This document shows, piece after piece, positions 55,061 to 64,000 of a DNA stretch of 64,000 nt; the first letter of the stretch is position 1, and each line of letters opens with the position of its first letter. A program made the translations under genes and the position numbers. The stretch is taken from positions 41,316 to 105,315 of the forward strand of contig WJIU01000024.1 of assembly GCA_014730115.1 (NCBI GenBank). The letters are read 5' to 3'. Origin of the DNA: Candidatus Micrarchaeota archaeon (GTDB lineage: Archaea > Micrarchaeota > Micrarchaeia > Anstonellales > Bilamarchaeaceae). The notes beneath the pieces were generated by a model, which was given only the letters and a program-made list of their open reading frames with translations, made no database searches and was not told where the DNA came from.

Positions 55061-57781
55061 TCATTCCAGCACAATGGACGGCTTGTCGGGCAGCGAGCTT
55101 TCGGCCTTGGGGTGCTTTCCTTCCTCTTCCGGAAGAATCTCCACCATGCAGTCAAACTCCCTGGAAAAGAACTGCCTGGCGTCAATCAGTGCGGCCAGCT
55201 CTTCATCCTGGGAGAGTATCTCCGGAAGGGCATGGGCGTTTTTGATTAACTGCTTAACCACCTTCTGCACGGATTTCATGGGGAGGCCCTCGGCTGCTGC
55301 CGCAGCCATCACCTTTTCAAATATCTTGTGCTTCTTTACCAGCCTGAAGATTTTCCCTTTTCCTTCGCCTGCCACGTAGATTGTGACCCGGGAGGGTTTT
55401 TTGCCTATCAGCCCGGAAATCTTTTCTATGTCCTGGTGCACCTTCTTTATCAGCTCTTCCCCCTTTTCCAGCTTTTTATCTATTCTGGACTGGTCCGCTT
55501 CAGGAAATTCCCTGAATGTAGCCAGACCGCTGTTGCCAAGTATTTCCCAGTACTCCTCGGCATAATGCGGCATGAACGGGGCAATCATTACCACCCATTT
55601 CTGGAAGAATTCATGGAGGTTGGGCTCTTCCGCCCTTTTCATGTACCACTGGAGATCGGAGACCACACCATAGAAAATCTCCAGGCCCAGGTGCCTGATT
55701 GAAAGCTGATTGTAAAGGCTTTCGGCATTTTCGATTTTTCTGTTGAGCCTGGAGAGCAGCCACCGGTCAATGCGGCCATGGGGCTTGCTGCCGGCCTCCC
55801 CAGATTTTTGGATAAGTTTTGTAATATAGGAAAGCCTGGAGCGGACACCATCAGCCACGCTCTGGTTGAAATCGGTGTCGCTGGAAAGGTCGGCACCGCT
55901 TATCACCGCAAACCGTATCACATCCGCGCCATATTCCCTGATTGCCTTCCTGAGGGGAAGGATATTACCCATGCTCTTGCTCATCTTGCTGCCGTCCATC
56001 AGCACAAAGCCGTTTGTGACAATCTGCGCCGGCCAGTGCTCTTTTTTCATCAGGGCAACGTGATTGAATATGTAAAGGGTCAGGTGGTTCCTCACCAAAT
56101 CGCCTGCACTGTGCCTGGAATCGCAGGGATACCAGTATAGAAAGCTTTCCCTGAGCTTTTCCAGCTTCTCGCTGCCTTCCCCCCTGCCAAGGAAGACATA
56201 ATCAAAAAACCCGTCATCCATCTCTGAGGCCGGTATATCCTCAAGCAGATGGGATATGGTGTAGAATGCCATGTAAAGCGTTGAGTCGGAAAGCGCCTCA
56301 ATAACCTTGCTTTCATCAAAGGGAAACTTTGTGCCCAGGCCGGTGGAGCGTGTGCAGGGCCGGGTCTTAAGCCAGTCTATGGTATAAAGGAATTCACTCC
56401 GGGCATTCTCCGGCACCACTGACATGGACTCCAGGCATTCCTTTGCCTTTTCCTTCCACTCCGGGATTCCGTAGTCCACGAACCACTGGTCCTTGATGAC
56501 ATTGACCACCGCATGGCAGCCGCAGCGGCAGTAAACAGGGCCGTTGGCAATGGTGACTATCTCAAAGCCCTTGTCCGCGGAGATAAGGTCCTTGGCAACC
56601 TTTTCCTTTGCAACGGCGACCGGCTCTCCCCTGTACCTGCCCACCGCCATGGCCCCTTCATGCGCCTCCCTGGTGTAAATCTCCTTGGTGGCCTTTTCGG
56701 CAAGAGGGTCGTCCTGGTTTTTCACTCCCAGCTCTTCCACCGCATCCCTTGCCGGGTTTTTGCTGTAGCCCTTGAGTTCAATCACCTGGGGCATGTCGAT
56801 ATTCCCCTTTCCGATGTCCCGGAGGGCAAGATAATCCTTTGGCGCATGGGCGGGCACACTCATGACTATCCCGGTGCCGGTTTCAGGATTAACAAAGCTG
56901 GCGGAATACACCGGCACTTCCTTGCCGTTTATCGGGTTCACCGGCTTCATTTTCAGAACTTCATGGGCACTTATGTCCCCTGTAACTTCATGGCCGGTCT
57001 GTAACTGAAGCACCTCTGCCGCCTTTTTGGCCATAATGATTGTCTCCCCCATGTAATTTACCCTGACATATTCCGCATCTGGGTTTATCCAGATGTTGGT
57101 GGCTCCATAGACGGTCTCGGGACGGTAGGTTGTTACCACAAGGGATTCGCCATTTGCCCTGAACTTGATGACAGTCACATCCTCCAGCTCGGGGTCAATA
57201 TCGCCCTTGGTGTCGTGTGCGCTCAGGGGGTTCTGGTCCTCCGGGCACCAGGCGATAGGGTATTCGCCTTTCACCAGATAACCCATCTTCTGGAGCTTCC
57301 TGAACTGCCACTGGATGAAACGGTTGAACTTTTCGTCATAGGAATAGAACTTTCTTCTCCAGTCAATGGAATAGCCCATCTCCTTCATTCCCTTTTCTAT
57401 TTCATCAGAGAAGTATCTGACCAGGTCTTCCGGCTTGCTCAGGGATTCCGCAGTCTTCCGGGGTATCCCGTATATATTCTCAAAGACCGCAAGCACTGCC
57501 TCGTCTTTTTCCCTTATCCGCTTTGCCATTGCAATGATGGGGGTGCCGGTGACATGAAAGGCCATCGGAAAAAGCACATTGTAGCCCTTAAGCCGGAGGT
57601 ACCTTGCATATATGTCTGCAGTGGTGTAGGTCCTGGCATGCCCAATGTGCTGGGGCGAATTGGGATAGGGAAAGGCTGCGGTGATGTACTTCTTTTTCCT
57701 GTCGGCCCCCGGGTCGGCATGGAATGCCTTTTCCTCGGTCCATCTCCTGGACCATTTAGATTCAACAGCAGAAAAATCCAT
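55061..57781 (-). CDS. leuS: Leucyl-tRNA synthetase (archaeal type)
   Basis: AFPYPN, HIGH, TTYRPET, GTGIVMSVPAHAP.D, KMSKS. Confidence 0.97.
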   Translation of the reverse strand: MDFSAVESKWSRRWTEEKAFHADPGADRKKKYITAAFPYPNSPQHIGHARTYTTADIYARYLRLKGYNVLFPMAFHVTGTPIIAMAKRIREKDEAVLAVFENIYGIPRKTAESLSKPEDLVRYFSDEIEKGMKEMGYSIDWRRKFYSYDEKFNRFIQWQFRKLQKMGYLVKGEYPIAWCPEDQNPLSAHDTKGDIDPELEDVTVIKFRANGESLVVTTYRPETVYGATNIWINPDAEYVRVNYMGETIIMAKKAAEVLQLQTGHEVTGDISAHEVLKMKPVNPINGKEVPVYSASFVNPETGTGIVMSVPAHAPKDYLALRDIGKGNIDMPQVIELKGYSKNPARDAVEELGVKNQDDPLAEKATKEIYTREAHEGAMAVGRYRGEPVAVAKEKVAKDLISADKGFEIVTIANGPVYCRCGCHAVVNVIKDQWFVDYGIPEWKEKAKECLESMSVVPENARSEFLYTIDWLKTRPCTRSTGLGTKFPFDESKVIEALSDSTLYMAFYTISHLLEDIPASEMDDGFFDYVFLGRGEGSEKLEKLRESFLYWYPCDSRHSAGDLVRNHLTLYIFNHVALMKKEHWPAQIVTNGFVLMDGSKMSKSMGNILPLRKAIREYGADVIRFAVISGADLSSDTDFNQSVADGVRSRLSYITKLIQKSGEAGSKPHGRIDRWLLSRLNRKIENAESLYNQLSIRHLGLEIFYGVVSDLQWYMKRAEEPNLHEFFQKWVVMIAPFMPHYAEEYWEILGNSGLATFREFPEADQSRIDKKLEKGEELIKKVHQDIEKISGLIGKKPSRVTIYVAGEGKGKIFRLVKKHKIFEKVMAAAAAEGLPMKSVQKVVKQLIKNAHALPEILSQDEELAALIDARQFFSREFDCMVEILPEEEGKHPKAESSLPDKPSIVLE

Positions 57782-57807
57782 GGCATTTTATAGACTGGGA
57801 AGTGTTT

Positions 57808-59325
57808 TTAAGAGTGGCTCTGCCCGAACCGCTTTCCCGGTTCCGGCCTTTTCCTGAGCAGGGCCCAGACAAAGAGCAGGAGAAGTATGAAAAAGCCTCC
57901 ATAGTCAAAGAAAGGCACCAGCAGGCAGCAGTACGCCAGAACACCGCCTGCCCCGAAGAGGACTGCAAGCATCTCGCCTGCGTTGTGGACTGCATGGAAG
58001 CCCGCCGCAATTGGCACCCCTGCCAGAAGACCCAGCGCAGGCGCACGGAACCCCCTCTCCACAAGAAGGCCTATTGCCCCGCCGGTAATTGCCGTGTAGA
58101 AGCCATGGTTGGCAGAGAACAGTATGGAGCGGAGCATAAACAGAAAGAACCAGGAAAGGATGTCCGAGCCCATGGGATACTGCAGAAGGTATATCCAGTC
58201 TTCAATGAATGAAAATCCCATGCCAATCACAAAGCCGTAAACCAGCCCGTCCTCTATGGAATTGAATTCCCGGTGCTCCCCCAGCAGGGCTATTCCCGAG
58301 CCCTTGTAGAATTCCTCCACCACCGGCGCAAACAGAAAGGTCCCCAGAAAGCCTATTCCGGCAACTTCCATGGCCAGCCCCAGCGCAGAATTGAGGCCTA
58401 TTGCCATGAGTGCGGCAAGCATGCCCCAAAGAAAGAAGGTGATGATGAGCCTGAGAGGCTCCCTTTCCCTGAAGTCCGCATACCACCATGCCGCACACCA
58501 GAGAAACGGGGCAATAAATGCAAGCAGGCCGGAAAAGAAAAAGGCAACAAACGCAGTTCCGGATTTCCAGACCTCTGCAGTGGCCAGCATATACATTAAA
58601 ATTGCGGCAATGCCGGCAATCTCAAACATCCAGAAATACGGGGAGGCCAAAAAAGAGTTGAATTTCTGGAGGATTGTCTTCTTGTTTCTGAAGGGATTCA
58701 GGAGGGAAAAGACAGTATATTCCTGGTCATGGTGCTTCGTCCTGGATGCAATATATGCAACCGCCAGGGTAAGGGGAAACACAACGAGCAGATACACTGC
58801 AGCGATTCCCAGGACAAGGTAAAGCGAGATATTCCAGAAGCTTTCCTCATAGTTTCGCCAGTCGGCATATACCCTGACCGGCCCGGACACATACTCCCCT
58901 TCTTCGCTGTAGAAGGTTGCAAATACCAGGTACGCCCCGGAGCCGTTGTAGTGATAGGGTATATAGCCGGTGCAGTTGTGGCGGGTCATCCCGGCATAGC
59001 TTTCGCCATAGAAAATGTGGTCTCCCATACAGTCAACCTGGTACAGGTGTTTCCCTTCCCCATATACATCCAGGTAGAGCAGGTCAAATTCTTCCATGGG
59101 AGGAGTGGTTATGGTGAAATTAAGCCGATGAGGGGAGGTGTCCGGAGCAATTGATTTGTCATCTCCCAGCAAAACAAAATCTGGCTCCCTTTCCATGGAT
59201 GCAACCGCTTCCAGCCCAAGGCTGTCGCCAAAAGGCAGGAAAAGAACCGCAATACTGACTGATATTCCGGCCAGCACTGCGGCAAGCACAAGAATTACGA
59301 ATATGCGGTTCACTGATTCAAGCAT
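57808..59325 (-). CDS. PrsW-family intramembrane metalloprotease with ectodomain
   Basis: REP, APVVEE..K, GFSFIED, H..YT, HAVHN. Confidence 0.88.
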   Translation of the reverse strand: MLESVNRIFVILVLAAVLAGISVSIAVLFLPFGDSLGLEAVASMEREPDFVLLGDDKSIAPDTSPHRLNFTITTPPMEEFDLLYLDVYGEGKHLYQVDCMGDHIFYGESYAGMTRHNCTGYIPYHYNGSGAYLVFATFYSEEGEYVSGPVRVYADWRNYEESFWNISLYLVLGIAAVYLLVVFPLTLAVAYIASRTKHHDQEYTVFSLLNPFRNKKTILQKFNSFLASPYFWMFEIAGIAAILMYMLATAEVWKSGTAFVAFFFSGLLAFIAPFLWCAAWWYADFREREPLRLIITFFLWGMLAALMAIGLNSALGLAMEVAGIGFLGTFLFAPVVEEFYKGSGIALLGEHREFNSIEDGLVYGFVIGMGFSFIEDWIYLLQYPMGSDILSWFFLFMLRSILFSANHGFYTAITGGAIGLLVERGFRAPALGLLAGVPIAAGFHAVHNAGEMLAVLFGAGGVLAYCCLLVPFFDYGGFFILLLLFVWALLRKRPEPGKRFGQSHS

Positions 59326-59498
59326 TGGTGATAGTTGCCGCAAAAGGTTATAAAACAGGAAAGAAGTTATATATTGTGGGGAAAGGCGAAAGTATTTAAA
59401 CAATACAATGCATAATAGAAGTGTTTATTTGAGAGTAAAAAAGGTAGAAAAGAAATCTGAGATTCCCTTTTAAAGATTTTCAGATTAACATAGAAACC

Positions 59499-59930
59499 AT
59501 GGGATCAGATTTGAGAGTGGGAGACATTATGACTACAAAGGTCATAGTGATACCATTTGGCAAAACTGCTCTCGATGTTGCAAAATTGATGAAAAAACAT
59601 AGCATCGGATCAGTAATCATTGTAGAGGATAAAGCTGGCAAGCATGCCAAGGGAATCATCACCGAAAGAGACATCGTATACAAGGCACTGGCCAAGGGTG
59701 AAGACCCCAGAAATGCCAAAGTGGAGAAAATCATGTCCAAGCCGCTCCGGGTCGTAAGGCCCGAAACCACCATAGAGGAAGCGGCAAGAGCGATGCAGGA
59801 AAACAAGATAAAGAGGCTTCCGGTGGTCAACGATGAAAGCGAACTCATAGGCATTCTCAGCGAAGGAGACATAATGAAGATATTCCCTGTCGTGGTGGAC
59901 CTTATAGAAGAAAGGGCCGCACTGACGTGA
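59499..59930 (+). CDS. CBS-pair protein
   Basis: VGDIMT, GIITERDI, LPVV..GILSEGDI. Confidence 0.92.
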   Translation: MGSDLRVGDIMTTKVIVIPFGKTALDVAKLMKKHSIGSVIIVEDKAGKHAKGIITERDIVYKALAKGEDPRNAKVEKIMSKPLRVVRPETTIEEAARAMQENKIKRLPVVNDESELIGILSEGDIMKIFPVVVDLIEERAALT

Positions 59931-59943
59931 TACTCATGCCAAT

Positions 59944-60040
59944 GCTGTGCATGGATGGCCACCTGAGCTTCAAGCTATGACGGAATGCCTGCCCTGAAAG
60001 GGGGAGGCAGCCTTGGAAAAGGCGGTCAACAGTGCACAGC
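59944..60040 (+). ncRNA. Candidate four-way-junction RNA upstream of toprim-dnaG
   Basis: gctgtgca/tgcacagc, tggcc/ggtca, agct-tca-agct, GAAA- and GGAA-capped hairpins. Confidence 0.5.
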
Positions 60041-60077
60041 GAATGTTTCTCATTCTCTCCGATCCCGGAGGCAGTAT

Positions 60078-60452
60078 TTGGAAATAAAGGATAGGCTGAA
60101 ACGCTTGGAAAAGCTTCTTCAGAAAATCAGGAAAGGCCCTGTCTTTGTGGAAGGAAAAAAAGACAGGGAAGCGCTGGAAGCGCTGGGTGTGAAAAACATT
60201 CTGACGATTTCCGGAAACCTCCGACTGAGCTGCAGGAAGCTGAAAAACGCTGAAAGGGTGTTTGTGCTTACCGATTTGGACCGGCGGGGCGATGAACTGG
60301 CCGTGAAGGCCAGGGATGAACTGGAGGCACTTTCGGTAAAGGCAGACCTTGAGACAAGGAAGCTGCTCGCGCACACCCTGAGAATAAGGTTTTTCGAGGA
60401 AGCGGAAAGAGCATATAAGGAATTGATTGAAGAAGGTGAAAAAAATGGCTAA
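60078..60452 (+). CDS. Small Toprim-domain protein (UPF0292-like)
   Basis: VEGKKD..AL, LTDLDRRG; TTG start after GGAGG. Confidence 0.85.
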   Translation: MEIKDRLKRLEKLLQKIRKGPVFVEGKKDREALEALGVKNILTISGNLRLSCRKLKNAERVFVLTDLDRRGDELAVKARDELEALSVKADLETRKLLAHTLRIRFFEEAERAYKELIEEGEKNG

Positions 60453-61689
60453 AACATACATTGATACAGTAAAATACCTGGTTTACACGAACGTGGAAAT
60501 CGACGGGCTTGTGGAAAAGCCCGATGTTGTAGGCGCAATATTCGGACAGACCGAAGGCCTGCTCGGCGATGAGCTGGACCTCCGGGACCTCCAGAAAAAC
60601 GGAAGGATTGGCAGGATAGAGGTTGACCTTTCCGGAAAGGGGGGAAGGACTACGGGAGTAATCAAGATACCCAGCAGCCTGGACATGGTGGAGACCTGCA
60701 TTATCGCAGCCGCCCTGGAGACAGTTGACAGGGTCGGCCCCTGTGAGGCAAAGCTGAAGATAACCAAGATAGAGGATACCAGGAGTGTAAAGAGAAAGAG
60801 GCTGGTAGACCGGGCCAAGGGGCTCCTGAAGAATCTCCTTGACACCGAGATTCCTGAAAGCAGGGAGATTTCCCAGATGGTCAGGGATGAAGTCAAGACC
60901 GCAGAAATAAAGCAGTATGGACCGGACCGGCTTCCGGCAGGGCCCTTAATCGACAAAAGCGACGAGGTCATTTTCGTAGAAGGAAGGGCAGATGTAATAA
61001 ACCTGCTAAAGAACGACATAACCAACGTCGTTGCAATCGGCGGTGCAAAGGTCACCAGGACCATTGTAAATATCTCCAAGAAAAAGGAGGTTACCCTGTT
61101 CCTCGACGGTGACCGCGGCGGCGACATCATCCTGAATGAGCTTGCCCAGGGCGGAGTTGACATAGACTTTGTGGCAAGGGCACCCACCGGCATTGAGGTG
61201 GAAGAGCTTACCAGGAAGGAGATGATAAAGCTTCTGCGCAACAAGGTGCCTTATGAGCAGAACGCGGATGCAAAGAAAGAAAGGAAGTCAGCTGAGACTC
61301 CGCCGCGAAGGCAGGAATCCAGGAAACCGACACAGTCAAAAAGCAGGTCAGAGGCCAAGGCAGAAAAAAAGGAGCCTGAGAAGGCGCCTGAGCCGCCGGC
61401 CAGGATTTCCAAGGAAGACCTGCTCAAGGAACTGGACAGCCTTGGGAACACCCTTCGGGCAAGGTTCTACAACAGCAACCTGGAAAGGGTCTCTGAAGTC
61501 CCGGTAAGGGATGTGATAAAATCCCTCAGCGAGACCAAGGATGTGCATGCCATTGTATTTGACGGCATCATAACCCAGAGGCTCGCAGACTTGGCATCCA
61601 GGCAGGGAGTCAAAATACTGGTTGGCCTGAAGATAGGAAACGTCAACAAGGTGCCTGAGAATATCGAAATAATAACCAAAAACAAATAA
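60445..61689 (+). CDS. dnaG: Archaeal DnaG (primase-like, exosome-associated)
   Basis: VEKPDVVGAIFGQTEGLLG, VEGRADV, DGDRGG, FDGIITQRL. Confidence 0.96.
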   Translation: MAKTYIDTVKYLVYTNVEIDGLVEKPDVVGAIFGQTEGLLGDELDLRDLQKNGRIGRIEVDLSGKGGRTTGVIKIPSSLDMVETCIIAAALETVDRVGPCEAKLKITKIEDTRSVKRKRLVDRAKGLLKNLLDTEIPESREISQMVRDEVKTAEIKQYGPDRLPAGPLIDKSDEVIFVEGRADVINLLKNDITNVVAIGGAKVTRTIVNISKKKEVTLFLDGDRGGDIILNELAQGGVDIDFVARAPTGIEVEELTRKEMIKLLRNKVPYEQNADAKKERKSAETPPRRQESRKPTQSKSRSEAKAEKKEPEKAPEPPARISKEDLLKELDSLGNTLRARFYNSNLERVSEVPVRDVIKSLSETKDVHAIVFDGIITQRLADLASRQGVKILVGLKIGNVNKVPENIEIITKNK

Positions 61690-61704
61690 TTTTCTTCTTT
61701 TTTT

Positions 61705-62202
61705 TTACTGCGACTTTTTATACATGCTCAGGTCAAATGAGGCAAGATAGGTTGAGTCGTCAGGAGAGTCCACCACGGTGGCAAGCCTTCTCAGCTTGAC
61801 CACGTCAGCCACATCAGGCTCGGTAGATGGGTCAGTCCCGATTTCGGTTTCTGTGCCGTTGGCAAGATTGGTAATTTTGAGGTATACGCCATAGGAAGAG
61901 CCGGTGACGTTCCGCAGCCAGGCAGCATCCTGCGACGCGGCACAGGAAATAACGCTGGAATCAACCCTCCGGTCGTCCCAGCCTTTTGCAAAGCCAAGCC
62001 TCTCCATGGTGGCGCAGTCTGCCGAAGGCTCCGGAGGAGTAAACATAAGATTGGAAATCCTTACCGCATCCCTGGAAAGCTGGTCATTCTGGTAGTCCAG
62101 GAACGACCGGACGCTGTGCCAGTAAGAAAGCAGGGCTACCAGCGCCAGCACGAAAATGACTGAAGCGATAATCGCATCAAAGCTGAAATACTGTCCTCTC
62201 AT
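61705..62202 (-). CDS. Pilin-like protein with class III signal peptide
   Basis: MRG/QYFSFDA then hydrophobic helix. Confidence 0.8.
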   Translation of the reverse strand: MRGQYFSFDAIIASVIFVLALVALLSYWHSVRSFLDYQNDQLSRDAVRISNLMFTPPEPSADCATMERLGFAKGWDDRRVDSSVISCAASQDAAWLRNVTGSSYGVYLKITNLANGTETEIGTDPSTEPDVADVVKLRRLATVVDSPDDSTYLASFDLSMYKKSQ

Positions 62203-62211
62203 ATCAAACAC

Positions 62212-62679
62212 CTAAGGCTGCTGCGTAATAGTAAGATTCTCACCATCGTTATTTAACATTAACATATTGGAGCATGAGGTACTGTTAAGCACATCACCGC
62301 TGATGCACCCCCCCTGAATCTCATACTTGTATGCCGGAACCACGTATGAATAGCTGAAGTCTCCATAGCTGCCTTCCCATTCCAGAACCATGAAGCCGTC
62401 AGAAAGGTTGGTGAAATAAACCTGGTAGGGAAGGCCGAATATCGTCCGGGGGAAAGTATAGTTGTAGGAGAAGCCAGTCCCCCCCTTTACCGAAAGGGTC
62501 ATGGCATTGGCAAAGGACTCTCCAGTTTCCTTTGCCACAATATTCTGCTGAAGGGGGATTTCGGTGGAAAGCAGCTGATTGACCACTACAAATGCAGCTA
62601 TTGTTATGAACATGAATACTGCAGTGTAAAGAAGGAATTCCGTGGCCACTTGACCTCTCTTATGAGGAATAGGGGTCAA
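62212..62679 (-). CDS. Pilin-like protein with class III signal peptide
   Basis: KRG/QVATEFL then hydrophobic helix. Confidence 0.8.
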   Translation of the reverse strand: MTPIPHKRGQVATEFLLYTAVFMFITIAAFVVVNQLLSTEIPLQQNIVAKETGESFANAMTLSVKGGTGFSYNYTFPRTIFGLPYQVYFTNLSDGFMVLEWEGSYGDFSYSYVVPAYKYEIQGGCISGDVLNSTSCSNMLMLNNDGENLTITQQP

Positions 62680-63079
62680 CCAATCTCACCTTGCCGTTCT
62701 CATTCCTGACGTCTATGATGAAAAGCCCTGTCTTGCCGCTGAGGTCCTGCACCCCGCTGGTCTCTGCCATGGTAGTGTGCACTGCCTCAAAGGTTCCCCT
62801 GGATGTCTCTATCTGTACGACCACCTCCCGGTCGTCCACATAAATCCTTTCAGTGGAAGCAGGGACGTTCATGAGAATGCGCCTCTCCGCACCGGGCCCC
62901 TGCGAATAGACAGAATTCATGGTGTCTGAGAGCGTCCGGGAAGCGGCCTCGGCCTGCGCTATTGCGGTGTCCTCATATCCTACGGATGTAAATGAAAACA
63001 TCAGGAAGATTACCGGAAGAGTGAATGCAACCACTATTCCCACCGTAACCAAAAGCTCAAGTGAGGATTGTCCTTTCAT
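62660..63079 (-). CDS. Pilin-like protein with class III signal peptide
   Basis: MKG/QSSLELL; VYSQGPG. Confidence 0.82.
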   Translation of the reverse strand: MKGQSSLELLVTVGIVVAFTLPVIFLMFSFTSVGYEDTAIAQAEAASRTLSDTMNSVYSQGPGAERRILMNVPASTERIYVDDREVVVQIETSRGTFEAVHTTMAETSGVQDLSGKTGLFIIDVRNENGKVRLVDPYSS

Positions 63080-64000
63080 TCGCCACACCCCGCTCCGCTG
63101 TCACAGGATATCGTATCCATGCCGTAATCATCCCTTGTGTCGTCGCTCACCGCGAATATGCCTGTAACCGGCTCATCTGAGCACATTGCAAAGTCCTTGC
63201 ATCCGGGCATCCCCCTTACCCTTATGCCGGATACCTCGTCAAACAGCTCCCGGTCCAGCCTGCTGTATAAATCATAAACAGAATCGTTGGCGTAATTCCC
63301 TATGATAAATGTCTCAATGCCATAAGCAGAGGAGTTCTTTTCATAGGAATCCTCGAGAAGCCTCTGAAGATAGGACGGTGCATCAGGATTCTTGGTGTAG
63401 TAGCCGCACATAGTGAAATCCCGGAGCAGCTCCACATCATACAGGCCTCCCCCCCCATCGTCCTTGCTGCCGGGGTCGTCGGAAACTTCTTCAGGGCTGT
63501 GGGCTGCAATCATCAGGGCGCATCTCCTGGTCTCATTGCTGCCGTCAAGTACAGGGCAGACCGGCGCATCAGTCACATTGAATCCCGGCGCAATAGCATA
63601 AGGCCTGCTGGTCTGGGGATTTCCCAGATAAGGCTCGCATTCGGGGTCAGGAGTGTGCCTTATAGGATTGAAGGTGCCTTCTTCCTCATCCCCGCAGGTG
63701 GTGCTGTAGGTGGAAGTCGAAGATGTCACTATGTACCCCTTGAACTCCTCATATACCGAAGGGCCGAGGTACACTATCTCATCATAGGTTCCTACCAGGA
63801 CATAGTTTCTCCTGCTGAAGCCGCCGGTCTTGGGAACCAGGCCGTAAGAAGGCACCCCGTCTGCAGTGCCGTTGGCAAGCGCAAGCGGGCCGTATATCCA
63901 TCCCTGTCCAGCATCAACAGACTGGGGAAGAGTGCTCACCGAAACATCGGTGTAATCATCATAATTATCATGGAAAAAGAACATCCGGTATGCAGTAAGG
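63076..64000 (-). CDS. Large pilus-associated extracellular protein (5' truncated by window edge)
   Basis: Cys-rich, acidic; APSYLQRL and GIETF motifs; coupled to the pilin cluster. Confidence 0.65.
   Translation of the reverse strand, partial: LTAYRMFFFHDNYDDYTDVSVSTLPQSVDAGQGWIYGPLALANGTADGVPSYGLVPKTGGFSRRNYVLVGTYDEIVYLGPSVYEEFKGYIVTSSTSTYSTTCGDEEEGTFNPIRHTPDPECEPYLGNPQTSRPYAIAPGFNVTDAPVCPVLDGSNETRRCALMIAAHSPEEVSDDPGSKDDGGGGLYDVELLRDFTMCGYYTKNPDAPSYLQRLLEDSYEKNSSAYGIETFIIGNYANDSVYDLYSRLDRELFDEVSGIRVRGMPGCKDFAMCSDEPVTGIFAVSDDTRDDYGMDTISCDSGAGCGE

Noticed and set aside
59961-59990. Hammerhead ribozyme core (CUGA..GA..GAA)
   Set aside because: No stem II between GA and GAA and no proper stem III or cleavage triplet.
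59927-60094. Possible selenoprotein or readthrough ORF with an in-frame TGA at 59978
   Set aside because: No redox motif or recognisable family, and no convincing archaeal SECIS; an RNA structure explains the region better.
1-64000. CRISPR array or cas genes
   Set aside because: No regularly spaced direct repeats with unique spacers were seen; the repeats found are a coding tandem duplication and the tRNA att pair.

Overview
Gene-dense archaeal chromosomal window, most consistent with a DPANN archaeon of Micrarchaeota type. The evidence is archaeal MCM, Spt5-SecE-FtsZ, S8e, Cgi121, Trm1/Trm5/TruD, archaeal LeuRS/MetRS, class III-signal pilins and tRNAs with several BHB introns. Main contents: (i) a compact group 4 membrane-bound [NiFe]-hydrogenase operon whose small subunit carries a 551-aa LAGLIDADG intein just before the first Fe-S cysteine; (ii) four tRNA genes, His with no intron, Gly with one, Glu with two and Ser with three, all three intron-bearing genes sharing a 15/16 intron; (iii) a tRNA-Glu-integrated mini-island carrying only a RelBE-like toxin-antitoxin pair, and a decayed integrase next to tRNA-His; (iv) a type IV pilus/Tad locus with unusual winged-helix and coiled-coil accessory genes, plus a second pilin cluster; (v) two histone-H1-like Lys-rich proteins; (vi) a secreted protein patterned like an outer-membrane beta-barrel with a terminal beta-signal; (vii) four intergenic structured RNA candidates that I cannot assign to a known family. 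All calls come from reading the sequence and ORF translations by eye; no database search or folding program was run.
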